Shown: positions 35,412-48,818, counted from the whole stretch's first letter. The stretch: 61,901 nt of DNA, filler included, from 6 parts of 6 records of this genome joined end to end with filler, not necessarily neighbours in it, one strand, 5' to 3'. Numbers and translations: made by a program. The notes: generated from the letters alone by a model not told the origin.

Positions 35412-36790
35412 TGGAGCCTTTGTAACCAAGCGCTGCGCAAGCTCTCCGCCACACCTGAGCCAAAGCGAATACCCCAGAAAGAGCGCATCGTCCAAATGTA
35501 TGAAACAAAGCGGCGATCTTTGCGTTGTAGCGCTCGCTGTATGACGGTTTGTGGAGAGTGCACAGCAAGTGCGGCGTGCGCCGTGTCCTTGCATTCAGCC
35601 CATGTAGGAATCCACGGGCATCGTCCGCTTCCTCTTCCGCACCACAGCAGCGCAGCGTATTGGTAGCGTCGTAGCGATTGGGTGGAGTGCGAGCGAGGTC
35701 GGCGGGGAGCAGCGGCAGCGGTGCGCGCGGCGGAGGAGCCGCCGGCGCGGACGGAAGCGGCGCACGTCCCCCGCAGCGGCCGCACGCAGGACGCGCCGCA
35801 GGTCGCGCCGCGCGCGCTGGCGCTGCGTGCTGTTCCCGGCGACTCGTCGGCGCATGCGGGGAGCACTCGGAGTATCGCACAAGCGAACGTGGTATCGTAG
35901 TGTCGAGAATGCTGCGATTGCCGAGCCCTGGGAATCCGGAGCATGTGGGCCGGATCGTGCGCGCCGAGCAAGGGCGCCGGCCGCTCTGCTACACGAGCCT
36001 GGTACGCGTCGGCTGTGGCGCGTGAGGACGAACGCAATCTGCCACTTCAATCTTTGCGCGATAGCTGCATCAAAAGAGATTCGAAGAGCAGAGTACTCGC
36101 TGTATTGGCCTTAATGTCAATATGGAAAAGGATGTGCACTCTCAGCCTTTTATGGCGTGAAGAAAGTGTAGCTTTCGATCTTTTTCTTTTCGTAGTCTGA
36201 CAATTCGTATCGCTTTCTGGCGCAGAAGCTCGTTTAGCCTTGTCCTCTGATGCTCTTCGTGGAGCGCTGAGCGCACCGCCAACCTTTCTTCGGAAGAAAA
36301 TGCTTCACTGTTTCTCTGATGGAATGATAAAAACTTCTTGAATCCCTGACGTGCGCTTGACTGTCCGTTGATTCCACATCGACGCATGCTGATGCGTCTC
36401 CCCAGGTTACTGTTTACGACGATGGCGCGCGTCGGAGCATTCACTCTCGCGCTCGCAGTTCTCCTGGTACGCAAAACGCAGTGAAGAGGATAGCCATACA
36501 GCGCAAAGTATGTGTGCTGGTTGCCATGCATATATTTGTCTTGGCTCTACAGCTGCATCCTGAACTGCGTTGGATCGTGATAAAGAGAGCGGCACGATGT
36601 GGAGTAGCTTGTCGAGGAACATCGGCAAGTTCCCGTGAAATGCGCATAGCTGCTCCGCCTTTGTCTGTGCTCTCGACGAAATCATCAGCCGTTTAGGAAA
36701 ATTACTTGCATTCTCCTCCAACATAGAGATGTATTAGAAAATGAATTTTACCAGAATGTGATATGCCGACTGTGATGGTTTCAGATACGG

Positions 36791-38120
36791 GTGGGAAGGG
36801 GCAGTACAGAGGTGCGGCGGTCGACTCCAGCGCGGCTGCACCTGGGCTCTCGCGCGAGCACGCGCGCTCCAGTGCACGCGCGAGCGGACCGCGAGTACCG
36901 AGCGCACGTTCGTTCGCTACGCGAGAGCCAGAGGATCATGCGCGCGTTCAACGAGCAAATCCTGGAACGTCTCATCGTACGAGAAGCAAATTCGCGTCCA
37001 GTACTAACCAAGGCGCTTTCCGCCGGCCGCTGTCTCGGGACGGAACGGTACGTGCGGGAGCTCTTGCAGTGCGCTCGCCGTTTTGCAGACAGAGCAGGAC
37101 GATGGTCACACGGAGGCTTTCCCGTGTCCACTATGCAACGGAAATCCACAGCTATCAAACGCCTTCGCTTTCTGTGACCTTGATGTGAAGGGAATGAGTC
37201 TGTTCTTTCGTTCTGGCATAGTGATTTTGAAAAAAATAACAATTGGGCCATGATGCCTGCTGTTCCTGCAGATCCTCGTGTGCCTTGATGAGAGTGACGA
37301 GAGTGCTAAGGAAGGAGACCGGAGCGAGGGTGCTGCAAGCACCCATGGCGTCGCAATGGCCCAAGCCACGAACCAACCAGACTCGAGACGCGCAAATAGC
37401 TGTGATCTTCGGGAAGGAGGATCCGAGAGGATACGTCTCGGTGCAAACGATAGCGGGGAGACGCCTGTGGGACGGCTGCTGTCTTCGCAAGAACGCGCTC
37501 GCTGCATCTTGGAATCGCGCGTGTTTCCGTACCGCCGGCGACCGGTTGGAGTGCTGAGCTCGATGCCGATTCTGACGGCGTGTATAAATCGTCCTGATGC
37601 GCAGATTCTGCGTGAAAGTAACCGTCGTTTAAAAAGTCCATGGGATTTAGGAGATTTTTCTGGGAGATATCGCGCCCGAAATATCGAATGGGAGCAAGAG
37701 AGTGCGGGCGCAGCTCCGGAGAGCGACGGAGCACGCGCCGGCTCACTGGCGAGCACCAGTGCACTGCCAACCTCACAGCAGACGTTTCGCAAACGAGCAA
37801 CCACAGATTCCATCCAAGGCAATGCTCGCATTGGTAATGAATTCCGTTTGCGCATGGTAGGAGAGCTGTCTTCCCGTACAGTGGCGCCCGCGCGTTCACC
37901 GAGTGCGCTTGGTTGTTTGGAGACATCGGGGTCTAGTCTTCTCGTTGCAAGCTGTTTGCGTTCTCCTTCCCGTCGTTCCAAGACACCCGGGGTCAAATGG
38001 AGCAGCAATGCGCATGCAAGCAGAGGAAATTCACCCGCCGAGAATTCTGTCAAAGCTGGAAACTCTACTGGTGGGAGCTTGACTGGTACGTTTCCGCAGA
38101 GCGACCTTGTACGCTCCTAG
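36791..38120 (+). CDS. Possible multi-exon hypothetical protein
   Basis: Open frames 36791-37177 and 37278-38120 with plausible GTACGT donors and a CTGCAG acceptor; no family recognised. Confidence 0.3.
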
Positions 38121-39699
38121 CGTCGGCCAAGAGTATTCTCCACTGTTTCTCCGCTTGCTCGCTGCGATATGCGAAGCTCGTGGAGGTGGAAGCTGTGTTC
38201 GCCGGCAGATTGCACTCGTCGCGTGCTTCTTGAAAAAATCGATTCTGGATTTATATATATTTTTTGTTAATTTGTAGTGTACAAAACAAATCGTGCGATC
38301 GGAAGGCGAAGGCGAAGCCTTCCTGGGATTTCATCCCGTATTCATCCACGGTACGGTTCCCGTTCGGCACTTATTCGGGAAGTGCCCACAAGCAACGTCG
38401 TGACCACCACGTGTTCGATTCCCTCTCAAATGCAAGAGCAAGTACCCAGCGCACCGAGTCGCTGTGAATAAGCTGATAGAACACGATCTCGTCCACCTAC
38501 CTTGCAAGCGACTAGGTCTCATTCTGTGCAGAGGACCGGCATTTTGCGTGGCGGCGCTCTCAGGTACTCTGTTCTCGTCTGTGCTTGGGTGAGCGCGAGC
38601 CCCCTCCCAACACCCCACGCGAAGGACTTCGCGGTGTGTCCGCAGCAAATGTGATGACCTTTGCTGGAAATGCTGTTACATTGCTGCCTTTGTAGTGCTA
38701 GAAGTCAAACTCCACTTGTGATGCCATGGACTCCGGAAGAGTGCCATTCCGAGCGACGATGATGCTCGCCTGCAAGCTGACGATGGATACGCACCTTGAC
38801 TCGGGAAACAACTCTTCTCTGGTAGCTCGCCAGTCAAACTCGCCTTGTTCTACCGCGAACGATGCCACACTCACTCTCTCATTGGCGGGAGGAAGCGTAT
38901 CCTCGCATTTTTTCTTGGTGCACGATTTTCCATTTTCAGAGATAGACAGTACGGTACATGTATGATCCACCGCACACTTGGAATCGTTCCTTTTTCCGTT
39001 TCGCTGAATGCTTGCCGCTCAAGCATGAGTATTGGCTGGAGGAACGTGCGAGTGGCATCGCCGTATGGGAGAAAGGTCGTTCGTTTTTGCTGGCTCTCGT
39101 TTCCTTGGAGCTGCTTAGTGGTGTCGGGCAATACATGATTTGCAGTTTGATAGAATTCTAGAGGAAATATTTGATGCTGCTGAAGGAGTGTAGTTTTTTT
39201 TTCCTAAACCGCGTGTCGCCGGAGATCCGGTGCCGCAAAAGGCGAGGCAACTGTGACAGCTCACGGCCCTTTTCTTCAATGTGCATGGCGCATGTTGCCT
39301 GTCGCGTAGGATTTCCGAGCGGAATATCGTTGCCCACATGCTCGCACAGTAAATAACTGCTAGAGAACAAAAATTTCTGTATTACTTAGTCGAACAGGAG
39401 ATGATCTTTCTCAGATTTATCTTGAAGTTGGGAAAGACAAGTTGAGATGTGTTGGCTTAGCGGTTTGGCTTTCTCGCGGTGAGGAAGCAGTTCAGCCACT
39501 GGCCGGCTTTTGGACTGTTTTCAAATGGAATGCAAGCACAAGCCACCATTTTTTTTTGCAGTATGAGATTATGTTTGAAGAAAAAAGCAGGATAGCTTGT
39601 AAAGTCTGAAATTTAGCTCCAAATATATCATCTGTGTATAAGCTCCTGCGCGGGTTTCTCTCTTTAGCATTTCGCGAGATGATTTCTGGGTAACTCTCC

Positions 39700-42600
39700 C
39701 GCAAGCGTATGAGGTTTGAGCACACAGAAACGCACCTCGCTTTCCTCTTCCGTACATATTCCTGAACTCTTTATCGGCTATTTCGTTCCCCCGTGCAACT
39801 TGAAAGTGATCTAAGCGTACATGTGATGCAAGAAGGTTGCTGCAGGCCGCGGAAGAAGAAACACGGAGGCGCTCTGAGCTCGCTAGCGGGCGCGCCGCCG
39901 GTGCACCCTCGTCGCTCTTCCGTGTCGTGCGGCACGTATTTTCTGCCTGCAGCTGTACTTCGATTCGTGCGAGAGTAACGCTCGAGAGGATAGAGTGACG
40001 TACGAGTGTGAAGAACTGACGGATGATTTCTCAAGTCGGTCGTAGTAGGGCGTTGCCTCGATTTTATCCCACACGGTTGGCGCGAGGACGGGACGAACGC
40101 GCGCTTTGAGCGGACTGCTGCGTGTCTGATTCATTCCCATAATCGCGTGCTCGCCGGTTGCCTGAGAAAACGATGAAATGCAAGCGGTTTCTCGTTAGGT
40201 TTTACAATATACTACAAATGAAGGGAAAAAGCACACTTCTCTTCTCCTGTGCAAGATTTGAAGAATTTACAGGGCTCTGGCTGGCGGTACTTGTGAACAA
40301 CGAGCAGATCAAGTGCATCTCTTCTGCCGCGTGTGTGCTTCTATCTCCGCACAATAAAGCGGCGGCGTAATTGAAGTGCGTGCATCAAGGCCAATGAGGG
40401 GCGCTTGAAAAAATTAGACCAATATATAATTCTTGCACCTTGCCAAAAACGGATGGGTGGGGGATATCGTGCTCGCACCTCGGTCGCGGGGTTTTTCTCA
40501 CGCTACTGGCCTTGTGAGCGCGATCTCCCAAGAATGGCTTTCCCTTGTCCGCGATAATGCCATAGATGCAAACGGAGTGCACAGACTTTTGCGTTGTCGC
40601 ATATCGGTTTTTGACCACTGTACCCTGTCACGTACCTTGAGGAGATCTCGTTTCACGGGGTCCTTTGAGGCAGACATTCTGTACCGGATTCCTTGATCGC
40701 GGAGCTGCAGCGGATCATAGTCCGATTCAATAATGATATCCCGGAAAATGCTGCCTTTGCGATTTGTGGCGTCTAAGAACTCAGCGTACAACTCCCTTCT
40801 CTCTGCTGTTCGCCGATTCGTGTATTCTTCGCTCAATTTTGTTCCGACTTGATTCTGCGTACAGTTCGTGTACGTGATCATTTGAGGAGTGAGATAGAAG
40901 GCTTCAAGTTATCCTTCTTGTAATGTCGCGTGTTCCCTTTTTTTTGGGGGGTGGGACCTGGTTCAGCGTTGTTTTCCGCACACCCAACACCCGTTTCCAA
41001 TACCGAGTAATGCAAGCGATATCCTGTTGACGTGCACAGCGGTGTATGACTGTCTGGTATATGCACTGCGAGGGTAACTTGGGAGACTGGTTCATAACAC
41101 AAAAGGTAGGGTGGCGCCAAAGTAGCAGTATGGATGATGGCAGTGGCCTATTTTCACACTGTCATGGCACAACAGCAAGCGCTTGCAGGGTTCGTCATTC
41201 CTCGCGATATGAATCCAGCAAACAGTGTGTCGTGCAAATGTGTTTGGAATGCCTAAAGAGATACAACACGCTGCTCTGGAGCTACTTTGGAGTAATGTAG
41301 TCACGAGACGCATCTGCGCGTTGCCGGTGAGAAACGCGCCAAGCACGAAATATACCAAGTAGGAAAAAAGTGCTTGTTTGTTTGTGGGTGAGAGTTTATC
41401 AGCTAGTGCAGTACCTGGATGTTTTGGAAAACTTGTTGATTCCACTCTTCATACAGCTGCATCTTTTTCCTCCGTTCTGCGTTGTCGTGGTGGTCAAGGA
41501 ACGTCGCCAGGCGGTGGACGAGTGTTGCCCTCTCGCCGTCAATCTGCTGTAGTAACTCATGTAGCTGCTGTTCTTCTTCTTGCTTCTTTTGCTCAACCTT
41601 TCGCTGTATCGTACGGAGCAGAAGCACCAGTTTGTATGAAGAAGATAGGAAAGATCGAAATCAAAGATATAGAGATAGGAGGAGCTCAAGAAAGTTCTCA
41701 GCTACCGAATCGCATTGGCGCTGCAACTGCACTTTCGTTGCAGTGGCTTCGCAGTTTCTCCTCCTGTTCCTTTGACGCGCGCCTTCCCTCTTCCCTTTCT
41801 CTGATCGACTTCCAATGCACTTGGTCGATGAAGAGGAGAAAATACGCTCGTCGGCAGTTTCCTTCCATCAGGAGAGAAACGTTGCGTGCTACTACATGTT
41901 ACGATTGCGTACGGCGGTGCGGAGGTACCTTGGTTTCTTTTTCCATTTGCAATGTCTTTGCCATGAGCTTTTCCTCGGCTGCCGCGCGCTGTCTTCGCAA
42001 GTTTTCGAGGAATGCAGCTCGTCTCGGAGAGGGATGAGCCGATGTAGCGGTCTTGTCGCGCTTGCGAATAGGTCGTGATCTTGTCTGTAATTTTACATTG
42101 ATTAGAAAACGTGGCCACTGCGTGAGTGATTGTGTTTTGTGCCGCGCGCTGTCAACTATGATCCTTGTAAAGGTGCTGCACGATTTTCGCGCTGGCCTGT
42201 TTCCCTGTTTATCCTGAAGTGGACCACTGCAAGCGCAGCTTAGAGTGCGTGCATTGCTGTAGTGTAATGAACACGCAGTACTAACATGTTTTTGATTTGA
42301 GCGACATTCAAGTAGAGGTAGGAAAGGCGAGCAATGTTGCTTCACGATTCGTGCTGTCTCATCGCAATAGTAAGACAAGGTGCTCACATCGACGTCGTCC
42401 GACAGCGCGCTGGAATGCGTAGCTGTTGCACTGCATGTTTCGTGTGCTCAAACTTTCCGATTTTGAAAAAACGCCGTGCTTCCTTGTATCACTGTTACAG
42501 TGAAAAGTAACAGAAAATCAAGATTCGATAATGACAGTGTTTGTGCTTGCGGGTCTTGGTTTGTGAGAGGAAGGTACTCAGATGGATGTGCGTGTGTCTG

Positions 42601-42918
42601 GAGCTGATTGGCGTAGAATGTGCTCTTCCGCTTTCGTCGCACTGTGCGAGCATGTTTCTCTGTTCGTGTCGGACCCGCATTCCGTCGCGAGCAATATGTA
42701 CATGGTAAGCAAAACTAGTTATTTGGCAGAGCTTGTGTGTATTGTGCTGCACTCGCCTCTGCCTGTCCTACAGCGTGTACGCGCGGTGACAAGCGTACCA
42801 TGGACCCAATCATCGCGTCTTCCTGTACTGTGGCGTATCGGGGCTCGTCGTACACGCGGAGCGACCCCCCGCCAGGTACTGCGGGCGGAACAGCACGCGG
42901 AAAGTCGACTCGCGACAT
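39700..42918 (-). CDS. FAM228-like protein, multi-exon (ends approximate)
   Basis: Exons encode LVHRLATFLDHHDNAERRKKMQLYEEWNQQVFQNIQ (41417-41606), ELYAEFLDATNRKGSIFRDIIIESDYDPL...DPVKRDLLK (40636-40854), LAPTVWDKIEATPYY and SHVRLDHFQVARGNEIADKEF; pattern recalled from FAM228 proteins. Confidence 0.65.
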
Positions 42919-43883
42919 TTGTGCAAGCCAAAAGAGGAGTGCAGCGATCGATCCTTGTGGCTTTCTGATCCTCTTGGTTGATTGCCTGTGACGCAGAGCG
43001 CGGTTCTCCGTCGCGCTGTCTCTGCGTCGTGGGCAATCTTTGTCTTCTACGCGCGCAGCGGAAGCGTGAACTTCACACTTTTATCACGCTGAACCAGAGA
43101 AACGAATCTTCTCAATGAAAGAAAGGTGAAGTCGTGTTGCAAAAGCAGTGGATGAATAGCCTTCAGAGAGGGATAAATATCCTATTCTTCTACAAAGCTG
43201 GCGCGCGCTGTCGGCTGCGGAAGCGCGCCGGTGTGACACTGGCGCCTCGCAGCGGCGCAAACGGATCCGCATCCGGCCCTGCATGGTTTACGGAGTAGGG
43301 CGATTCATTCGTAAACCTTTCCCGCTGCCTCGGCTTCCCGCTGCGCCTTTCAATGTATCTCTCACCTAGTACCCCAGCCTTGGATCATCGCGCCCGCCGC
43401 TGCCGCGACGCGGCGAGCGCCCGATGCGCCGCGCTTATCGTGTGTGTGTGGGAGAGCGACAGCGCGCGCGTGAGGTTGTGTGTGTGTGTGTGCGCGCGGC
43501 GGGGGCGAGTGTGTGCTGTAGCGCCCCCTCCCCGCTCTTCCGCGCCGCCGACGCGCTGCCGCCCCTGAGCGCCAGCGCGCAGCGAGGGAGCGCGCGGCCG
43601 CACGCAGCAACGCAGCAGTACGCGGCAGTGTCTGTTGCGGGTGGTGCGCGCGCACGGGGCGTGTCGAGGATTCTCCGGCTGCGCGCGGTCGCTCCCACCT
43701 TGTTTGCGGCGGCGCTGCGCGTTGGTGTGCGCACGCACGCACGCGCGCCGCCTCCCCGCCGCCTCGCCGCGGTGCGCGCGCACGCGGGGAGAATAGCACG
43801 CGCGCCGCGTCGCTGCATGACGACGCGCTCGCCTCGGTAGCGCTCGTTCGCCTGCGCATCGCCGCGTCGTCCTCTACGGCGCT

Positions 43884-46800
43884 ATGAGCTCCTTCTTCCG
43901 GCGTCTGGGCGGGCGTGGCCTCGCGGGTATGCCCGGCGTGCACTGCGCCGCGGACCTCGTACGCTTCGCGCGCGACGCCGTCGCCGAGTGCCGCCTCCTC
44001 GCGGACCGCGCGCGCGCCGCCGCGCCGACCGTATCGCTGCTGTACGACTTTGACGACGTGTCGCGAACATTCTGCGCTGCTGCGGACCCTATTGATGCTA
44101 TGCGACAGCTCCACTGCGACCCCTCGTTTGTGGAGGCGGCGCACGAAGCGCACGCGGAGCTCTTTGCGTTTGTTGCCGATTTGAACGCGGACGGTGCGCT
44201 GTACGCGCCGCTCGAGGAGCTGCGGCGCCGCGCCGACGCCGGGGAGCCGATTCCCCTCGGCGAGCGCTCGGCCACGCGCGCGGCGCAGCGCCAACCGGGT
44301 ACGCTCACGAGCGAAGAGCGGCACGTGCTCGACGAGTTTCTGCGCGACTTTCTGCTCGGCGGCGCGCACCTCGCACGGCCGCAGCGCGACGCGCTTGTCG
44401 CGCGTCTCAGCGAGCACGAGAACCTCGGCATATCGTTTTGCGCGCACGCCGCCGAGTCGTCGCTGCTCGTCGAGCTCAGCGAAAGCGACCTCGGCGGCGT
44501 GCCGGCGGTACCGACGCGCGCGGGCTCGCGGCCGGGAACGGTTCGCGTTTCGACCGACTACGCCAACACGCTGTTGCTGTGGCTGCAAAACAGCGCCACA
44601 CGCGAGCGTGTCCACCGCGCTGCACTCTCGCGCTCGGCGGAGAACATCGACGTGCTGCACCGACTACGCGCCGTTCGGCAAGAGATCGCCGACACGCTGG
44701 GATACGCGTCGTACACGGACTTGACGGTCGCGGGTAATATGTTGAACAAAGCGCAGGATATTGAGCAGTTGCTGCGTTCGGTACAGGTGCGGTTGCGTGA
44801 TATGCGTGTGCGAATCGGTATGCGCGCGAGGCGATTTCCCACAGTGCAACACCGAGGGAACATGCACTCTCCACCCCCTACCCCCCTCGCAAGGCGCCAC
44901 AGCGCTGCGATTGGGACATGTGGCAAAGGGCGCGGCGAGCTCATGTGTGTCATGTACTGTAGAGGCACTTGTGTGTGTGTGTGTCTGTCTGCCTGTCTGT
45001 ATCTCTGTGCGTATATGTTCGTGGAGCCAAAGAAGCCGACCTGCGACATTCTCGCTCGCGTACACCCTTGTATGGCACTTACCCTTGATTCTTCTCCATC
45101 TCTGTCCTCTATTGCATCGATCGCTCGGTTTCCAGGACCATATTCGCGGTCGGTGCATGAAAGAACTTGCTGTGTTGCGGCGGGAAAAGGAGGAGTTTGA
45201 GGGTTCAGCTACGATTCACGCGTGGGATTCTCTGTTTTACATGGGACGGGGGAAAGCGGGAGCGTTTCAGCTCGACGGTCGTGTTCTCGCGGATTTTTTC
45301 CCGCTGGAACGCTGTGTCAAGGGCTTATACTTCATTTGCGAGCGGTTATACGGTCTCAAGATTCGACGTGTTCGCGTATCGCAATCTGAGATTTGGGCGC
45401 CCGACGTACAGAAATACCGCGTATGTGATGCATCTGGGGCAGTGGTTGGGAATTTGTACCTTGATTTGTTCCAACGGCCGTACAAGAGGTGCGGCGACGC
45501 GCATTTAACGCTTCGGTGCGGAGTGGTTCGCGATGGGGAACTGGAAGACGTGCCGACCGTTGCGCTTGCGTTTGGCTTCACTCCGCGCGCAACGGACGAG
45601 CCGATTCTCCTCTCCCACTCGGAAGTACAAACGCTCTTCCACGAGTTTGGACACGCCATGCACTCGATACTTGGCGCTTCTCCGTTTCAGTTCACGGCAG
45701 GAACGCGGTGTGCGCAAGATATTGTCGAGGTACGGTGCCCACAATGGACGATGTGCCGCTTCCGGACGAGGGAGAGAGAGAGAGACTCTTGTGGGAGGAG
45801 AACGAGAGCGGGTTGTCGAAATGTATGAGGGAGATGAAGGTCTCTTTTTCTTGTGGTTGAAAACCGCATTGTGCGTATTGCTTCATGTACTCGTGCACAT
45901 GGGATGCGATTTTGTTCTCGTAATGTCAAGGTGTGATTGTGACTCGTCCAGCTTGTAATCATGTACTTTGTACTCTGTTTTCCCTCCAGAAGCTGGAAAG
46001 ACACTCTTCGTGCAAAACAAATGTTGTCGGTGTTTTTTTTGTTTTCTTTGCAACGGGCGAGTTCGTGTTTCTACATGGTGTTTTCTTAGTTCTGTATCCG
46101 TTAACGTGCATGTCGTGTACTTGTAGTTGTTGCAATGCGCGAATTATCGTTTATTGCGTCAGGAAAGCATTCCTGTTTGCGATCAGGGTACAATTCTCTT
46201 CGTTGGAGTTTGTGTTTCTCTTTGTCGCCGTGGGAGAAACCTTTCTTGCATCCAACTATTCTTGCGCCTCACAAGGTGATGTGCTTGGTTCTTTGTGTTC
46301 CCCTTATTTTCCGGGGTTTCGCGTGCAGGTACCTTCCACGTTGATGGAGTATTACGCTTGGGATCCGAAAATGTTGCGCAAGTTTGCGAAACATCATCGC
46401 ACGAACGAACCGCTTCCGCGATCACTCTCGGATCGGTTATCACAGAGTCGCTTCATGTTTTCCGGACTTGAATTGGAGTCGCAACTCTTTTACAATCACG
46501 CCGATCAGTATCTCTGCGGTGCCGGTCCGTACGTGAAGGACTACCCGGAACTCTTCGACGCTCTTGGCGCTATGGATCGTGACATTTCCTCGATTCCTTC
46601 ACCGGAACGGCCGTTTGCAATGGCGCGGTTTACACACGCGATTGGTTACGCTGGGCAGTATTATTCATACATGTGGTCCAAGGCGATTGCGTCGGATCTG
46701 TGGAATCGGTACGAGGGAAACAACCCCGATGTGTGTATATGTATGAGCTCTTGCATCGGTGATTAGGGTGGCGAGGTTGAACGACAAGGTGATGGTGATT

Positions 46801-47083
46801 GTGTGATTCGTTTTTTTTCCTTCTTTTTTTTGCGCGTTGATGTCCATTCATGTGTGTGTGTGTTGTGGAGTTGATCTCACTCCTCTGCTCTTTTCGTTTT
46901 TCTTCCCCCCCTGATTTCTGTAGCCACTTTGCAGACGATCCGTTGTCTCGTGAAGCGGGAGAGCATTATCGCGCTTCGATGCTGTCGCGAGGAGGATCGG
47001 AACCGCCGCGACAGATGGTGGAACGGGTTCTGGGCGGTCCAGTGGATTTATCTCCCATGCTTGATGCTTTTGCCAACGGATCG
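43884..47083 (+). CDS. MIPEP: Mitochondrial intermediate peptidase (M3 family); exons ~43884-44786, 45136-45729, 46329-46708, 46924-47083
   Basis: N-terminal DDVSRTFCAAAD...LNADGALY; zinc motif TLFHEFGHAMH; GTRCAQDIVE|VPSTLMEYY; RFTHAIGYAGQYYSYMWS; GT-AG junctions keep frame. Confidence 0.92.
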
Positions 47084-47176
47084 GTACGTGTTTGCTTTTA
47101 TTGCATTGCACAAGGCAGATTGTACGAGGGTGCGAGTGCGTGCTGCGTACTGGAAGGCAAGGAAGGGAGGGGAGGA

Positions 47177-47276
47177 NNNNNNNNNNNNNNNNNNNNNNNN
47201 NNNNNNNNNNNNNNNNNNNNTTAATTAATTAANNNNNNNNNNNNNNNNNNNNNNNNNNNNNNNNNNNNNNNNNNNN
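47177..47276. other. Artificial contig linker
   Basis: N44-TTAATTAATTAA-N44. Confidence 0.98.
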
Positions 47277-47308
47277 CTCATCGGTCACCTGGGCACCCAG
47301 TGCCTCTT
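47277..47308 (-). repeat. Direct repeat copy 1: displaced fragment of the ydcJ/hglS 3' end (att-like)
   Basis: CTCATCGGTCACCTGGGCACCCAGTGCCTCTT is 30/32 identical to 54019-54050; minus strand encodes EALGAQVTDE with only synonymous differences; runs into the contig edge. Confidence 0.85.
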
Positions 47309-47430
47309 AAAAATTTTGGCTATCAGCCTCAGCTGGATATTAAATGAAACTAACACATAAACTAATATCATTTAACATCCTAGCATTTAAACAAAACAAG
47401 ATCTGAGAAAATAATAATTTAACTAAGCCA

Positions 47431-47469
47431 AAAAAATCCATCAATGCAGGCCTAAAAGCCTGCATTGAT
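47431..47469 (-). terminator. Rho-independent terminator of the TRAP operon
   Basis: ATCAATGCAGGC-ctaaaa-GCCTGCATTGAT 12-bp stem followed on the minus strand by GGATTTTTTT. Confidence 0.85.
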
Positions 47470-47510
47470 ACCATTTCAGACCGTAGTTGGCTACAACTAC
47501 ATTTCCCCGT

Positions 47511-48818
47511 TTACATTTTTGCTTCGTTCATATAGCTGGGTAGAAAGGTTACAAGCTCAGGGAATATAATTAGCAATAGCGCCATAAAAACCATAATTAA
47601 AAACATTGGGGCGGCTGCTTTGGCAATAAAGCCGAGGCTATGATTTGTTAGGCCTTTCATTACAAAGAGATTAAAGCCCACCGGTGGAGTAATCTGAGCC
47701 ATTTCTACCATGACTAGCACAAATATACCGAACCAAATTAAATCGATACCTGCTTCGTTCAACATGGGGGTGACCACAGCCATGGTCAGCACCACGGCTG
47801 AAATGCCATCTAAGAAGCACCCCAATACAATGTAAACAACCATTAATGCCATCAGAAGCATAAAAGGCGTTAAATCGAGTGTGCCCACCCACTCCGCCAA
47901 ACCTCTGGGCAACCCCGTGTACCCCATTGCTAGGGTTAGAAACGAAGCTCCCGCCAAAATAAGTGCAATCATACAAGAGGTTTTAGCGGCTCCAATTAGG
48001 CTTTCTACCAGCGAAGCAAAGGTCAAGCTACGCTGTATTGCCGCAAGTGATAAAGCGCCGACAACCCCAAGTGCAGCCGCTTCAGTCGCAGTAGCAAGAC
48101 CGGAGTACATTGAACCAATTACGGTAATTATCAGTAACGCAACGGGTATCAATAGTCGCGACTCATAAAGACGCTGTTTCATTGTCATGGATGGCTCTTG
48201 GTCAATATTAGGCTTTTTCAATATCCCCCATGCAACGACATATCCCATAAATAACGTGGCCAATATCAGCCCAGGGAGTATACCCGCGATAAATAGTATC
48301 GGTATTGATTGATTGGTAATCACGCCATAGACGATCATAGTTAGGGAAGGTGGAATCATAAGACCAAGGGTAGAAGCGCCTGCCAGAGTCCCTACACTCA
48401 TGAAATCGGAGTAGCCACGCTTTTTGAGTTCCGGCATAGACATTTTGCCTACCGTTGTCAGGGTGGCTGCAGAAGAGCCAGAGACTGCAGCAAACAAAGT
48501 ACAACCGATGACATTGGTATGCATTAGCCGACCGGGCAACCAACTGAGCCAGGGGCTCAGCCCGCGAAAAAGGCTTTCGGAAAGCCGTGTGCGATACAGG
48601 ATTTCTCCCATCCAGATAAATAGAGGAAGGGCCGTTAGCGTCCAGCTCGTCGAAGACGTCCACAGTGTGCTGTACATTGAGGCCCCGATCGGGCGACCAG
48701 TGAAAAACGTAATGCATACGATGGCTACCCCGACCAGGGACAGAGCCACCCAGACGCCAGATCCCAGCAGTAAGAAGAGGATGAGCAGCAGAGCAATGGC
48801 CAATTCGGTGAAGTCCAT
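47511..48818 (-). CDS. dctM: TRAP transporter large permease DctM
   Basis: LTALPLFIWMGEIL, FAAVSGSSAAT, GLMIPPS, ATATEAAALG, ITPPVGFNLFV; ATG overlaps the dctQ stop (TGATG). Confidence 0.95.
   Translation of the reverse strand: MDFTELAIALLLILFLLLGSGVWVALSLVGVAIVCITFFTGRPIGASMYSTLWTSSTSWTLTALPLFIWMGEILYRTRLSESLFRGLSPWLSWLPGRLMHTNVIGCTLFAAVSGSSAATLTTVGKMSMPELKKRGYSDFMSVGTLAGASTLGLMIPPSLTMIVYGVITNQSIPILFIAGILPGLILATLFMGYVVAWGILKKPNIDQEPSMTMKQRLYESRLLIPVALLIITVIGSMYSGLATATEAAALGVVGALSLAAIQRSLTFASLVESLIGAAKTSCMIALILAGASFLTLAMGYTGLPRGLAEWVGTLDLTPFMLLMALMVVYIVLGCFLDGISAVVLTMAVVTPMLNEAGIDLIWFGIFVLVMVEMAQITPPVGFNLFVMKGLTNHSLGFIAKAAAPMFLIMVFMALLLIIFPELVTFLPSYMNEAKM

Noticed and set aside
34694-36037. 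447-aa minus-strand ORF and other long antisense ORFs (for example 43362-44660, 56885-57760, 16394-17296)
   Set aside because: Shadow frames opposite real genes in GC-rich DNA where stops are rare; low-complexity Arg/Ala/Ser translations.
38405-38430. GTTCGATTC T-loop-like motif (similar one near 31675) as a tRNA
   Set aside because: No acceptor, D or anticodon stems can be formed around it.
43430-43520. (TG)n and (GA)n runs here and in MIP introns as functional elements
   Set aside because: Ordinary microsatellites common in this eukaryote's non-coding DNA.
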